A stretch of 64,000 nucleotides of DNA from an uncultured SAR116 cluster alpha proteobacterium. GTDB lineage: Bacteria > Pseudomonadota > Alphaproteobacteria > Puniceispirillales > GCA-002684695. Positions 49,157 through 58,563 of this stretch are shown piece after piece. Under the pieces are notes generated by a model that was not told where the DNA came from, did no database searches, and saw nothing but the letters and a program-made list of their open reading frames with translations. Where the stretch lies: contig CACAIE010000002.1 of the NCBI GenBank assembly GCA_902532475.1, forward strand, positions 11,670 to 75,669. Reading direction: 5' to 3'. The position numbers and the translations under genes were made by a program. Each line of letters begins with the position of its first letter. The first letter of the stretch is position 1.

Positions 49157-49429
49157 TTGTCTAAAGGAAATAATACAGATAATAACAAGAGTGTTGTTTT
49201 GCCATTTAAAGGCAAGACAAAAAACAAGTTTAAAAATGCTGCGATGCTTGTGGCAATTGACATGCCTAATAACTCAGAAAACTTACCCGAAGAACTTCTA
49301 ACTAAATTTATAGAAGAAAAATTTGAAGCAGCAGTCTTGCATGTGGAGTATATAGATATTGAATTCCCATATGAGAAAGAGAGTTTTGCGATGAACTCGG
49401 TAAATGATAACAGGCCAAAGATCAAATAA
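49157..49429 (+). CDS. Hypothetical small protein (90 aa, Lys/Asn-rich N-terminus, acidic C-terminus)
   Basis: TTG start 6 nt after a GGAGA RBS. I recognise no family. Its composition is more protein-like than that of the fully overlapping antisense ORF. Confidence 0.4.
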   Translation: MSKGNNTDNNKSVVLPFKGKTKNKFKNAAMLVAIDMPNNSENLPEELLTKFIEEKFEAAVLHVEYIDIEFPYEKESFAMNSVNDNRPKIK

Positions 49430-49556
49430 TTCAAGTTAATATTATAGAAATTTTACGTTCTAGATTTATCTTTTAGGTTTAATTTTCTTGAAAATTTTGT
49501 TTTCAATTTCACCATAAACTTTTATCTATAAATAGATATTTAATACAGGTGAAAAC

Positions 49557-50519
49557 ATGAAAATAGGATTTATTGGGTTGGGGAATGTTGGTAGCAAATT
49601 ATCAACTAATCTTATCAAAAATAATTATGACCTTACTGTAAGAGATTTAAATGAAGACTTGTCCTCTTCTTATTTAGCAATGGGTGCCAAATGGGCTAAA
49701 TCTCCCAAAGAATTAGCTGAAAATTCAGAAATGATTATTACATGTCTTCCTTCTCCTAAGGCATGCTCTGAAGTGATGGAAGGTAAAGACGGTATAATTG
49801 AAGGTCTTTCGAAAGGGAAAATATGGGCAGAAATGTCAACAACAGATTTTGAAGAAGTACAGCGTGTGGGGAAATTAGTTCTTGAAGTGGGTGGCGAGCC
49901 AATGGACTGCCCAGTTTCAGGAGGATGCCACAGAGCTGCAACAGGAAATATTTCAATATTTTCAGGGTGCAAAAGAGAAACCTTTGACAAAGCACTACCA
50001 GTTTTAAAAACCTTGGGTAGAAGAATACTACATTCAGGAGATCTTGGCAGTGCTTCGATATTAAAAGTAGCAACAAATTATTTAGCAACAACAAACCTAA
50101 TCTCAGTTTGCGAGGCTTTAATTACATGCAAAGCACAAGGGCTTGATTTAAACACTACATTCGAAGCGTTCAAAATTTCTTCAGGAAATTCATTTGTTCA
50201 TGAAACAGAAGGGCAAGTGATTTTGAATGGTTCTCGTGATATTAATTTTACCATGGACTTAGTACTAAAGGATATCGGTCTATTTGATGAAATAGCAAAG
50301 AAAAATAAAATTCCCCTGGAAATTTCACCTTTAATCAACAAAATCTTTCAAGATGGTCAGAAAAAATATGGCCCCAGGGAATGGTCTCCAAACATTATAA
50401 AAAGGCTGGAAGATGCTACTGGCATATCGGTTTTAGCCCCAGGTTTTCCTGCAAAAATAGTTGATGATGAAGAACCTGAAAAAGGCTATGAAGTGATCCC
50501 TACTGGATCACAAAGTTAG
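49557..50519 (+). CDS. 3-hydroxyisobutyrate dehydrogenase-family (beta-hydroxyacid) NAD(P) oxidoreductase
   Basis: MKIGFIGLGNVG Rossmann start and the 6-PGDH-like C-terminal domain pattern (KVATNYL). Confidence 0.85.
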   Translation: MKIGFIGLGNVGSKLSTNLIKNNYDLTVRDLNEDLSSSYLAMGAKWAKSPKELAENSEMIITCLPSPKACSEVMEGKDGIIEGLSKGKIWAEMSTTDFEEVQRVGKLVLEVGGEPMDCPVSGGCHRAATGNISIFSGCKRETFDKALPVLKTLGRRILHSGDLGSASILKVATNYLATTNLISVCEALITCKAQGLDLNTTFEAFKISSGNSFVHETEGQVILNGSRDINFTMDLVLKDIGLFDEIAKKNKIPLEISPLINKIFQDGQKKYGPREWSPNIIKRLEDATGISVLAPGFPAKIVDDEEPEKGYEVIPTGSQS

Positions 50520-50530
50520 TAAAATTTGCG

Positions 50531-50561
50531 AAAAAAAAGGGTGGATAAACCCACCCTCTTT
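50531..50561. terminator. Bidirectional intrinsic terminator between convergent genes
   Basis: A8-AGGGTGG-ATAAAC-CCACCCT-CTTT. The 7-bp GC-rich stem gives a U7-8 tail on the minus strand and a weaker U tract on the plus strand. Confidence 0.7.
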
Positions 50562-50580
50562 AAATTATGTTTGCTATTGC

Positions 50581-51912
50581 TTAATTGTCAGTAGCGTCTT
50601 TTAAAATTGCATTTGCATCATCATTTAATTTATTAAGAGTAGACATAATATCGTCTCCATTAATGATTGCAGCGTATGCTTTTTCAACTTCACCTCTTAC
50701 AGAATAATAACCTGGAACAGCAGGTTCACCTTTACCATATTTTATAAAACCTAAAGTTTTATCATATTGAGGCGAAGCATCTCTCATTTTTTGAATAGCG
50801 GGATGATTAGCTGAAGATGCCCTAACAAAACCATATCCACTTTCAGTTGACCATACGGCTGAATTTTCACTATTCGAAATATATTTCATCCACTGATAAG
50901 CCGCAACCATTCTGTTAGCATCTCCTGTATTACCCATAATAAGACCACCACCATAAAGATTTAACACTGGTTCTGAAGTTGAATAAGATATTGGAGCAAC
51001 ATCCCATACCCCATTATAACCTCCTTCGATAGCTTTCTGGAAATATGTGATCCCTGAGGTTGAGCCTGCTGAAAATAAAACTGATCCCTGCCCAAGATAT
51101 TGCTGGTCTGTGTATTTGCCTCTTGCAGCAATTGCGCAACCTTTATTAGCCATACCCTGAATAAATTCCATAGCTTCAACCGCTTTTGGTCCGTTCAAAA
51201 TATAGTTGCCATTATCATAATCAAATACATCACCACCATGAGCAAAAACCCATGCTGCAAAGTTACTTGCGTCAGTATCTATTTCATAACCATAACTTGG
51301 TTCCTCGCCCATTTTTCCACTAAAATCTTTATTAGTTGCAGCGCATGCAGCCTCTGCAAAATCAGCAGGAGTTTTCGGATCGTCAAGGCCTAATTCATTT
51401 AACCAGTCTTTATTGTAGTATAGAATTTCAACAGATTTACCAGACTCATGAAGTAATTTAGGATTGCCATCGAAATACGGTGTAAAACCTACAGTCCAGT
51501 TAGCACCCCAGTCATCGATATCAGCCTGAGTAACTCCCCACTTTTTACTATTAGCAAGCGGCGTCTGATCAATTGCAGCTGTAACAATATACATATCAGC
51601 AGCAGCATTTCCATATCCTCTAGCAACATCAGCTATGTCTTTTGTACCAGCAGAGGACATCATAGCAGATTGGACTTTACCATAATGACCCTTGTGAACA
51701 ACATTAACCTTTATACCAGTCTCTTCTTCAAATCTTTGAGCTCTAGCTTTCATCGCATCGAGTCTTTCATCAGAGTACTGAACCCAGAATTCAACTGTTT
51801 GACCAACTGGATTTGCGTTTTCAATATCGTCAGCAGTAACTGCGAATGATTTGCCAGAAATTAAGATTAAAGAAGCAAAAAATAAATTTATTATTATTTT
51901 TAATAGTTTCAT
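50581..51912 (-). CDS. ABC transporter substrate-binding protein (family 1, carbohydrate/polyol type)
   Basis: Signal peptide MKLLKIIINLFFASLILISGKSFA. Start placed at ATG 51912 behind a GGGGG RBS. Adjacent to two permeases. Confidence 0.85.
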   Translation of the reverse strand: MKLLKIIINLFFASLILISGKSFAVTADDIENANPVGQTVEFWVQYSDERLDAMKARAQRFEEETGIKVNVVHKGHYGKVQSAMMSSAGTKDIADVARGYGNAAADMYIVTAAIDQTPLANSKKWGVTQADIDDWGANWTVGFTPYFDGNPKLLHESGKSVEILYYNKDWLNELGLDDPKTPADFAEAACAATNKDFSGKMGEEPSYGYEIDTDASNFAAWVFAHGGDVFDYDNGNYILNGPKAVEAMEFIQGMANKGCAIAARGKYTDQQYLGQGSVLFSAGSTSGITYFQKAIEGGYNGVWDVAPISYSTSEPVLNLYGGGLIMGNTGDANRMVAAYQWMKYISNSENSAVWSTESGYGFVRASSANHPAIQKMRDASPQYDKTLGFIKYGKGEPAVPGYYSVRGEVEKAYAAIINGDDIMSTLNKLNDDANAILKDATDN

Positions 51913-52005
51913 TACAACCCCCAAATTTTAAATATGTTTAATTTTTGATACTCATATTCTTCTATCATTTTATAGTTACATATTTGTGTCAAATATGTAC
52001 TGCAC

Positions 52006-52878
52006 TTATTCTTTTATACCAAAATTAGATATGCTTTCAATGAATAATCTTTGAGTGAAAAAATATAAAAGCAGGATAGGCGCTATGGCAATTAAACACG
52101 CTGCCATAAGTAAGTGAAAATTTGGCCCTACCTCTCTCACAAAGCTGTATATTGATACAGTAACAGGATACCAATCCTCTTTAGTTAAGATTAAAAGAGG
52201 CCATGCAAAACTATTCCATGCAATGATAAAAGTAAATAAACCCGCAGTCACAATTATAGGCATACTCATGGGAACTACGATTCGCGTTAAAAAATAAAAA
52301 TGTGATGCTCCATCAAGACGCGCAGCATCCCACAATTCATTTGGTATTTTTTTAAAGTATTGCCTAAGTAAAAAGATAACAAAAATATTCCCCATAAAGG
52401 GCACTGTTAAACCTTGCAATGTGTTCATCCATGAGGAGCCAAACGGTAAAGGAATTATTTCACCTCTTATAATCAGCAAATGAGGAAGCAAAGTAATAAT
52501 TTCCGGGATCATCAATGATAAAAGTAACAAATAAAAGATTAAATTTTTAAAGGGAAATTCAATTCTAGCAAAGGAATAAGCTGCAGGGATACTGGTTATT
52601 AGAACTCCGACCACAGTGATTGAACTAATAATAATACTGTTAATTGTATATTTTTGAAAATTATTAGAAGTCCATACCTCCAAGTAGTTCTCAAGCATCG
52701 GAGTTCTAGGAAAAACGTACTGATTAATAGCTTCTCCTGCAGTCATCAAAGAAGTCATAATCATGTAAAAGAACGGGTAAATCGATATAATAAAAACAAT
52801 TGTTAATATTATATAAGGAACTCTAGTTTCTGAATTAAAGATCTTAGTCATAATGAATTTTCTTTCTGAAAATGACAT
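52006..52878 (-). CDS. ABC transporter permease (MalG type)
   Basis: EAA loop DAARLDGASHFYFLTRIVVPMSMP. An alternative start at 52851 would reduce the overlap with the upstream gene. Confidence 0.88.
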   Translation of the reverse strand: MSFSERKFIMTKIFNSETRVPYIILTIVFIISIYPFFYMIMTSLMTAGEAINQYVFPRTPMLENYLEVWTSNNFQKYTINSIIISSITVVGVLITSIPAAYSFARIEFPFKNLIFYLLLLSLMIPEIITLLPHLLIIRGEIIPLPFGSSWMNTLQGLTVPFMGNIFVIFLLRQYFKKIPNELWDAARLDGASHFYFLTRIVVPMSMPIIVTAGLFTFIIAWNSFAWPLLILTKEDWYPVTVSIYSFVREVGPNFHLLMAACLIAIAPILLLYFFTQRLFIESISNFGIKE

Positions 52879-53974
52879 ATTGTGAGATCGCTAAAACATT
52901 TAGCAAAACAAACAATATAACACCTTCGGCTGCTGCGTATCCATATTTGACCCTACCCCAAAAGTGATCAAAAATTTCAATCGTGACAACATCCATTGTG
53001 TCACCAGCTGACGATGTTTGCATTACAAATATGCTATTAAATGCTTGGAATGTATTTATAAAACCTGTGAGCGCTAAAAAGAAAATTATAGGCATTAGCA
53101 AAGGAACGGTAATTTTTATAAATGTTTGCCATCTTGATGCACCCTCTACTCTTGCTGCCTCATACAAGTCACTTGGAATAATTGACAATCCTGCAAGTAG
53201 GATGATTGCGTAATAACCAGTATATGACCAAATACCATAAAAGATTGATGAAGTTAAAGCTAAGCTTGGACCTGCAAAAAGACCATCAATTTTTACTCCA
53301 AAAAGAACTTCGGTGATTGGCCTTTTGTCAAAGAGCCATAGCTGTGGTTCAATTCCAAAAAATCCTACAAATTGGTTTAAAAAAGAGGTTTCAGCTTTAC
53401 CAAATATAAGGAAAAACACAGCTGCACCCATCACAGCAGGAGTAATATACGGGAATAGTAATATCATTTGAAAGAATTGTTTTCCTGCTAATTTTTGATA
53501 AAGCGCAAATGCTATTACAAGTCCCAGGCCAATCTCAAAAATAATTGTAAAAAACGCATAGTATAAAGTGTATATCAAAGCGTATAGATAGTCTTCATCA
53601 CCTTGATCAACCATTATACTCCAATTGATATTAATTAAGTAAATACCAATTGATAAGATTGTTAATGAAGAAATTAAAACATATATTTTTTGTTTGAATT
53701 GATAACGATCTTTGTACTCACTCCAAATCCAATAACTTAGTATCAGCGCTAATAGCCCTAAAATAAAAACAAAAAAAGCCGGAATGCTGCCCAAAATCCG
53801 TTCATAATTCTCAAAACCTAAAAATCTTCCTTTAAAGACTTTCCACTTATGAACGCTCATATACATTCCAAAAAAAACTGGAAAAACTCCAAAAAGGCTT
53901 ATTAAAAGCACTGCAGGTGAAATTAAAGAATAACCAACTATTTTCTCTGAATGTTTTCTTAAAAAATTATTCAT
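52844..53974 (-). CDS. ABC transporter permease (MalF type)
   Basis: EAA loop EAARVEGASRWQTFIKITVPLLMP. Multi-pass hydrophobic protein. Confidence 0.88.
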   Translation of the reverse strand: MNNFLRKHSEKIVGYSLISPAVLLISLFGVFPVFFGMYMSVHKWKVFKGRFLGFENYERILGSIPAFFVFILGLLALILSYWIWSEYKDRYQFKQKIYVLISSLTILSIGIYLININWSIMVDQGDEDYLYALIYTLYYAFFTIIFEIGLGLVIAFALYQKLAGKQFFQMILLFPYITPAVMGAAVFFLIFGKAETSFLNQFVGFFGIEPQLWLFDKRPITEVLFGVKIDGLFAGPSLALTSSIFYGIWSYTGYYAIILLAGLSIIPSDLYEAARVEGASRWQTFIKITVPLLMPIIFFLALTGFINTFQAFNSIFVMQTSSAGDTMDVVTIEIFDHFWGRVKYGYAAAEGVILFVLLNVLAISQYVIFRKKIHYD

Positions 53975-54082
53975 AAATTTTTGGTTTTTTTATCAATAAA
54001 ATTAAACACACTATATCTAAACTCATATGACTATAATTTTAAAGTCATAAAAAACTTAAGTTATTTTATGACTATTATCTAT

Positions 54083-54979
54083 TTAAATATTTTTAGAAAA
54101 TTCAATTAATTTCTTAGTGTTTCTGACACATTTTTCAAGATCTTTCCAAAAATCTGGATTTAATTCGATGTTAAAGACAGTGTCTGATGTTGGTTTTATA
54201 TTCGAAATCACTTTTTCCCAGGGAATATTCCCTTCACCAACTGGCAAGTGTAAATCACCATCACCAAGAGCTAAAGCTTCAGATTTTGTTAAATAAGAAT
54301 TGATAAAATTCAATTTACCAAAACTATCATGCACATGCCAATGATCAGATAACCTTCCAAGATCAACAGCGTTACTCATAAAATCAGATTGGAAAGCCTC
54401 ACAACACAAATAGGCGTGACTTACATCAAAGCAAGCTCTTATATTATTATGGTTTATTAAATTTATTTCTTCTGAAAGCTTACTTGGTAAAGCAGTGTGC
54501 AGTGACTTTGAGAAAGGGAAAATGTTCTCTACATAAATCAACAAATTCTTTTCCGCAGCAAAATCACCAATTCGTTTTAGATAGTTACGCTGCAGTATGT
54601 ATTTTTCTCTTAAGCTTCTATCATTATCAATATCACAGTAACCTGTATGAATAATTATTTTTGTAACGCCTAACCTATGAGCAACGTCAATGTAAGCTTT
54701 AGCAAGGATTTCATAATGATTTAGATTTTCTTTTTTATCGAGAAAATTGACAACCATTGGACCATGAAGAGTAATTTCACCTGAAAAATTATCTAAAATA
54801 TTTTGAATTTTATCTATTCTTTGACTAACAACGCATCCATCGATGATCAAGTCCTGTGCAAAACCCATTAACTCAATGCTAAATGGATTAAAACTAGTTA
54901 CTTCATGAACTCTTTCTTGAAAATCAATGGCATCTCTGGAGTTGCTTCTTAAGGAAATTCCTAATTTTGGTTCATTCAT
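54083..54979 (-). CDS. Xylose-isomerase-like TIM-barrel protein (sugar phosphate isomerase/epimerase family)
   Basis: 298 aa with the family pattern of metal ligands (IIHTG, YVENIF, FDVSHAY, HVHD). Confidence 0.7.
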   Translation of the reverse strand: MNEPKLGISLRSNSRDAIDFQERVHEVTSFNPFSIELMGFAQDLIIDGCVVSQRIDKIQNILDNFSGEITLHGPMVVNFLDKKENLNHYEILAKAYIDVAHRLGVTKIIIHTGYCDIDNDRSLREKYILQRNYLKRIGDFAAEKNLLIYVENIFPFSKSLHTALPSKLSEEINLINHNNIRACFDVSHAYLCCEAFQSDFMSNAVDLGRLSDHWHVHDSFGKLNFINSYLTKSEALALGDGDLHLPVGEGNIPWEKVISNIKPTSDTVFNIELNPDFWKDLEKCVRNTKKLIEFSKNI

Positions 54980-55015
54980 TTTATTTCATAAAAAAGCATT
55001 GAGTTAAAATAAAAA

Positions 55016-55357
55016 TTATTTTTTATCCTCTAGATATTCATAAGCCAGCTGAGCTATTTGTTCCGATCTTAATCCTGATAAACAATACGCAAAAATCGGT
55101 TTTTTCTTACCTTCGAGTATGCCTGCAAAACTTTTAACATCTTCCATAGAGAGCTTTAAAGGAGAAAAAGGTATGTACTCAACTGACAAACCATGGTTTT
55201 CTGCTTCTCGTTTTATAAATTCAATATTTGTTTGGCCCTCCCCTTCATTATCAGGTCGATTGCAAATGATTGTTCTGATTCCAAGATTCACTAAATCTTT
55301 AACATTCCCCTCATTGATTTGTGGACCAATGTATAAGTCATTATTTATTTTTTTCAT
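55016..55357 (-). CDS. DUF442/TIGR01244-type phosphatase-fold protein (sulfur-transferase-associated domain)
   Basis: 113 aa. YIGPQINEGNVKDLVNLGIRTIICNRPDNE matches the N-terminal domain of Blh-type proteins. CLSGLRS looks like a CX5R-like loop. Confidence 0.6.
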   Translation of the reverse strand: MKKINNDLYIGPQINEGNVKDLVNLGIRTIICNRPDNEGEGQTNIEFIKREAENHGLSVEYIPFSPLKLSMEDVKSFAGILEGKKKPIFAYCLSGLRSEQIAQLAYEYLEDKK

Positions 55358-55388
55358 TTTTATCTTCTCAAAATATTATTGATAATTT

Positions 55389-56252
55389 TCATAATTTATT
55401 TATTGGAATCTTTAAATAATTAACGCCATTATCCTCTTCTTCTGGTAAGTCTCCAGCCCTCATATTCACTTGTGTAGCTGGTATAATTAACTTCGGCATA
55501 CTTAAAGTTGCATCTCTTGCCTCACGGGTTTCCACAAACTTATCTTCAGAAACCCCATCTTTTACATGGATATTATTTTTCCTTTGTTCTGAAACTGTTG
55601 TTTCCCAGGCAACTTCCCTTCCTCCAGGCCCATAATCATGGCATATAAATAACCTTGTTTCTCCAGGCAAATTTAAAACTTTTCTAATTGATCTATATAA
55701 TGTCCTTGCATCGCCCCCAGGAAAGTCAGCTCTTGCAGTGCCTCCATCTGGCATAAATAAGGTATCACCAACAAATGCAGTGTCTTCAATTAAATGAACC
55801 ATACAAGCAGGTGTATGCCCTGGCGTGTGTATGGTCTTAGCATTTAGTTCTCCTATTTTATAGGTATCATTGTCCTTGAATAGCTTATCAAATTGACTCC
55901 CGTCACGCTCAAATTCTGTCCCTGCATTAAAAATTTTCCCAAACGTATCTTGGACTAATATTATTTCTTCCCCTATCCCTATTTTCCCCCCTATTTTCTC
56001 TTGAATATAAGGTGCAGCAGACAAATGATCGGCATGCACATGGGTTTCAATAATCCAATCAATAATCAATTTATTCTGTGCAATATATTCAATCATCAAG
56101 TCAGCATGTTTAGTGGATGTCCTTCCTGAAGCCATATCAAAATCTAAAACTGAATCAATCACCGCACATTTTGAAGTTTCTTTATCCTCAACTACATAAC
56201 TGATAGTACCTGAAGCACTGTCATGAAAAGGTTTAATAATTGGTGTGCTCAT
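55389..56252 (-). CDS. Metallo-beta-lactamase-fold persulfide dioxygenase (ETHE1/Blh type)
   Basis: ETHVHADH metal motif, TPGHTP, and LFICHDY. The 287-aa length is typical of proteobacterial type II PDOs. Confidence 0.75.
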   Translation of the reverse strand: MSTPIIKPFHDSASGTISYVVEDKETSKCAVIDSVLDFDMASGRTSTKHADLMIEYIAQNKLIIDWIIETHVHADHLSAAPYIQEKIGGKIGIGEEIILVQDTFGKIFNAGTEFERDGSQFDKLFKDNDTYKIGELNAKTIHTPGHTPACMVHLIEDTAFVGDTLFMPDGGTARADFPGGDARTLYRSIRKVLNLPGETRLFICHDYGPGGREVAWETTVSEQRKNNIHVKDGVSEDKFVETREARDATLSMPKLIIPATQVNMRAGDLPEEEDNGVNYLKIPINKL

Positions 56253-56452
56253 ATTCTCTAGCCTATAAATTATCTAAATAAAAAATAGTTGGTATAATTT
56301 TAATAATTATAATATTAGAAACTATTTCAATAAAAACTTTATGACAACAGTCTTAATTTATTATAAAAATTTATCAAAATAAATTATAGTCTAAGCTTAA
56401 TTAATAATTATGTATTTTGAAATAACGCAATTTAATAAAAAGGAGAAGGATA

Positions 56453-57955
56453 ATGGCTAATATTGGACATTATATCAGCGGAAAACATTATGAAGGAAAA
56501 TCAAACCTTAATAAACCAGTATTTAACCCTGCTACAGGTGCCTCAGAAACAAAAGTGAACCTTGCAAATAATGATGAAGTCAATTTAGCCGTAGAATCTT
56601 CTAAATCAGCCTGGAAGGATTGGTCAAATCAACCCCCATTAAGAAGAGCTAGGGTATTAGATAAGTTTAAATATATTTTAGATGAAAGACGTGAAGAACT
56701 CGCACAGTGTATTAGCAGTGAACACGGTAAAACCCATGAAGATGCATTAGGTGAAGTAACAAGGGGTTTAGAAGTTGTTGAATTTGCTGTAGGAGCACCT
56801 CACTTACTAAAAGGTGACTATACTGAAAACGTTGGCTCTGAAGTTGATAGTTTTAACGTCAGACAATCTTTAGGAGTTGTAGCTGGTATAACTCCATTTA
56901 ACTTTCCTGCTATGGTTCCTATGTGGATGTTTCCTATTGCGCTTGTTTGTGGCAATTGTTTTATTTTGAAGCCTTCAGAAAGAGACCCATCGCCATCTCT
57001 TTTAATAGCAAAATGGTTAACGGAAGCTGGTTTACCAGATGGCGTTTTCAATGTTGTTCAGGGTGATAAAATAGCAGTTGATGCCATTCTAAATCATCCT
57101 GATATTAAATCGATTAGTTTTGTTGGTTCAACCCCGATAGCAAGATATATTTATACAACTGGAACATCAGCCGGAAAAAGAGTGCAGGCTTTAGGAGGAG
57201 CCAAAAATCATATGGTAATAATGCCTGACGCTGATTTAGATATGGCTACAAATGCACTAATGGGTGCAGCTTATGGTTCTGCAGGAGAAAGATGCATGGC
57301 TGTCTCTGTTGCTGTCCCTGTTACAGATAAAGTAGCTGATGCACTCGTAGAAAAGCTTGTCCCAAAGATTGAAGCATTAAAGATTGGACCTTCCGTTGAC
57401 CCCGCTGCAGAAATGGGACCGCTTATTACAAGTGAAGCTTTAAACAAGGTATCTGGTTTTATAGAAGCTGGTGTCGATGAAGGAGCCAAGCTTGTAGTGG
57501 ATGGAAGAAATAGAAAACCCTCGATGCAAGGATATGAGAATGGTTTTTTCATAGGCGGCTCTTTATTCGATAATGTAACTAAAGACATGTCTATTTATAA
57601 AAATGAAATTTTTGGTCCTGTATTATCTGTTGTTAGAGCCAATGATTATAAATCTGCAGTCGATCTCATCCATGGACATGAATATGCAAATGGTGTCGCA
57701 GTATTTACCAGGGATGGAGATGTGGCTCGAGGATTTTCTAATGAAATTGAAGTTGGAATGGTTGGTGTTAATGTTCCAATCCCTGTTCCAATGGCATTTC
57801 ACAGCTTTGGAGGATGGAAGTCCTCTTTATTTGGAGACCACCATATGCATGGGATGGAAGGCATTAGGTTTTATACAAGACTTAAGACAACAACTGTACG
57901 CTGGCCACGAGGCCAACGAACGGACCCTCAATTTACGATGCCTACACTCGGTTAA
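56453..57955 (+). CDS. mmsA: CoA-acylating methylmalonate-semialdehyde dehydrogenase
   Basis: ALDH fold with SAGERCMA catalytic Cys context and FVGSTP. AAGGAG RBS. Confidence 0.9.
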   Translation: MANIGHYISGKHYEGKSNLNKPVFNPATGASETKVNLANNDEVNLAVESSKSAWKDWSNQPPLRRARVLDKFKYILDERREELAQCISSEHGKTHEDALGEVTRGLEVVEFAVGAPHLLKGDYTENVGSEVDSFNVRQSLGVVAGITPFNFPAMVPMWMFPIALVCGNCFILKPSERDPSPSLLIAKWLTEAGLPDGVFNVVQGDKIAVDAILNHPDIKSISFVGSTPIARYIYTTGTSAGKRVQALGGAKNHMVIMPDADLDMATNALMGAAYGSAGERCMAVSVAVPVTDKVADALVEKLVPKIEALKIGPSVDPAAEMGPLITSEALNKVSGFIEAGVDEGAKLVVDGRNRKPSMQGYENGFFIGGSLFDNVTKDMSIYKNEIFGPVLSVVRANDYKSAVDLIHGHEYANGVAVFTRDGDVARGFSNEIEVGMVGVNVPIPVPMAFHSFGGWKSSLFGDHHMHGMEGIRFYTRLKTTTVRWPRGQRTDPQFTMPTLG

Positions 57956-58563
57956 TTATAATCAAATTCAGGATTGCCGACATATTGAGGATCAAATGGC
58001 TTCCTTGAAAAGATTTCATTAATTAGGGGCTCAAAGTATTCCAATGTTTTGCTTGGATAATTTGGATCAAATGACATTTGATCCCAATCTCTGCAAAACC
58101 TATCACAAGAATCAAACCATTTATGATGTTTATAATTTTCACGTAATGATTTATTTATCCCAATTTCTTCACCTTGATAATCTTCTGGACCAAAGTAGAA
58201 CATTTGAAATAACCCGTGCATAGAAATAATCCAAGTCACTTCTTCCCTTACATATGGCCTTATTATCGTAGCCGCCAATTGAGAATGATTAGCTGGAGCT
58301 AATTCATCTCCCAAATCATGTATTAAAGCACCAATGATTAATTCTTTGTCAGCTCCGTCTGCCTCGGCCCTTGTGGCAGATTGAAGAGAGTGCTCAAGTC
58401 TTGAAATGCGATAGCCAGGGAGTGAATTATCTAAATTTTTTAAAGCTAATATAATTCTTTCAGAAACATTTTTTGTGAATTCTACTTCGCGTTTGTGCAA
58501 AAATTGATATTCTTCAGGTGTGCCTTCATCCATCCTTTTGAAATTAACCTTATCCATTATCAC
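57952..58563 (-). CDS. HD-domain protein resembling PhnZ/MIOX-type diiron oxygenases
   Basis: LEHSLQSATRAEADGADKELIIGALIHDLGD plus downstream His/Asp ligand candidates (NHSQ, SMHG, WDQMSFDP). 4-nt convergent overlap with mmsA. Confidence 0.5.
   Translation of the reverse strand: MIMDKVNFKRMDEGTPEEYQFLHKREVEFTKNVSERIILALKNLDNSLPGYRISRLEHSLQSATRAEADGADKELIIGALIHDLGDELAPANHSQLAATIIRPYVREEVTWIISMHGLFQMFYFGPEDYQGEEIGINKSLRENYKHHKWFDSCDRFCRDWDQMSFDPNYPSKTLEYFEPLINEIFSRKPFDPQYVGNPEFDYN

Noticed and set aside
49153-49434. A 93-aa minus-strand ORF that fully overlaps the 90-aa plus-strand ORF.
   Set aside because: It has no RBS, and its Ser/Leu/Phe-rich composition looks like the antisense of a Lys/Glu/Asn-rich frame. 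The plus-strand ORF has a GGAGA RBS. Both remain weak.
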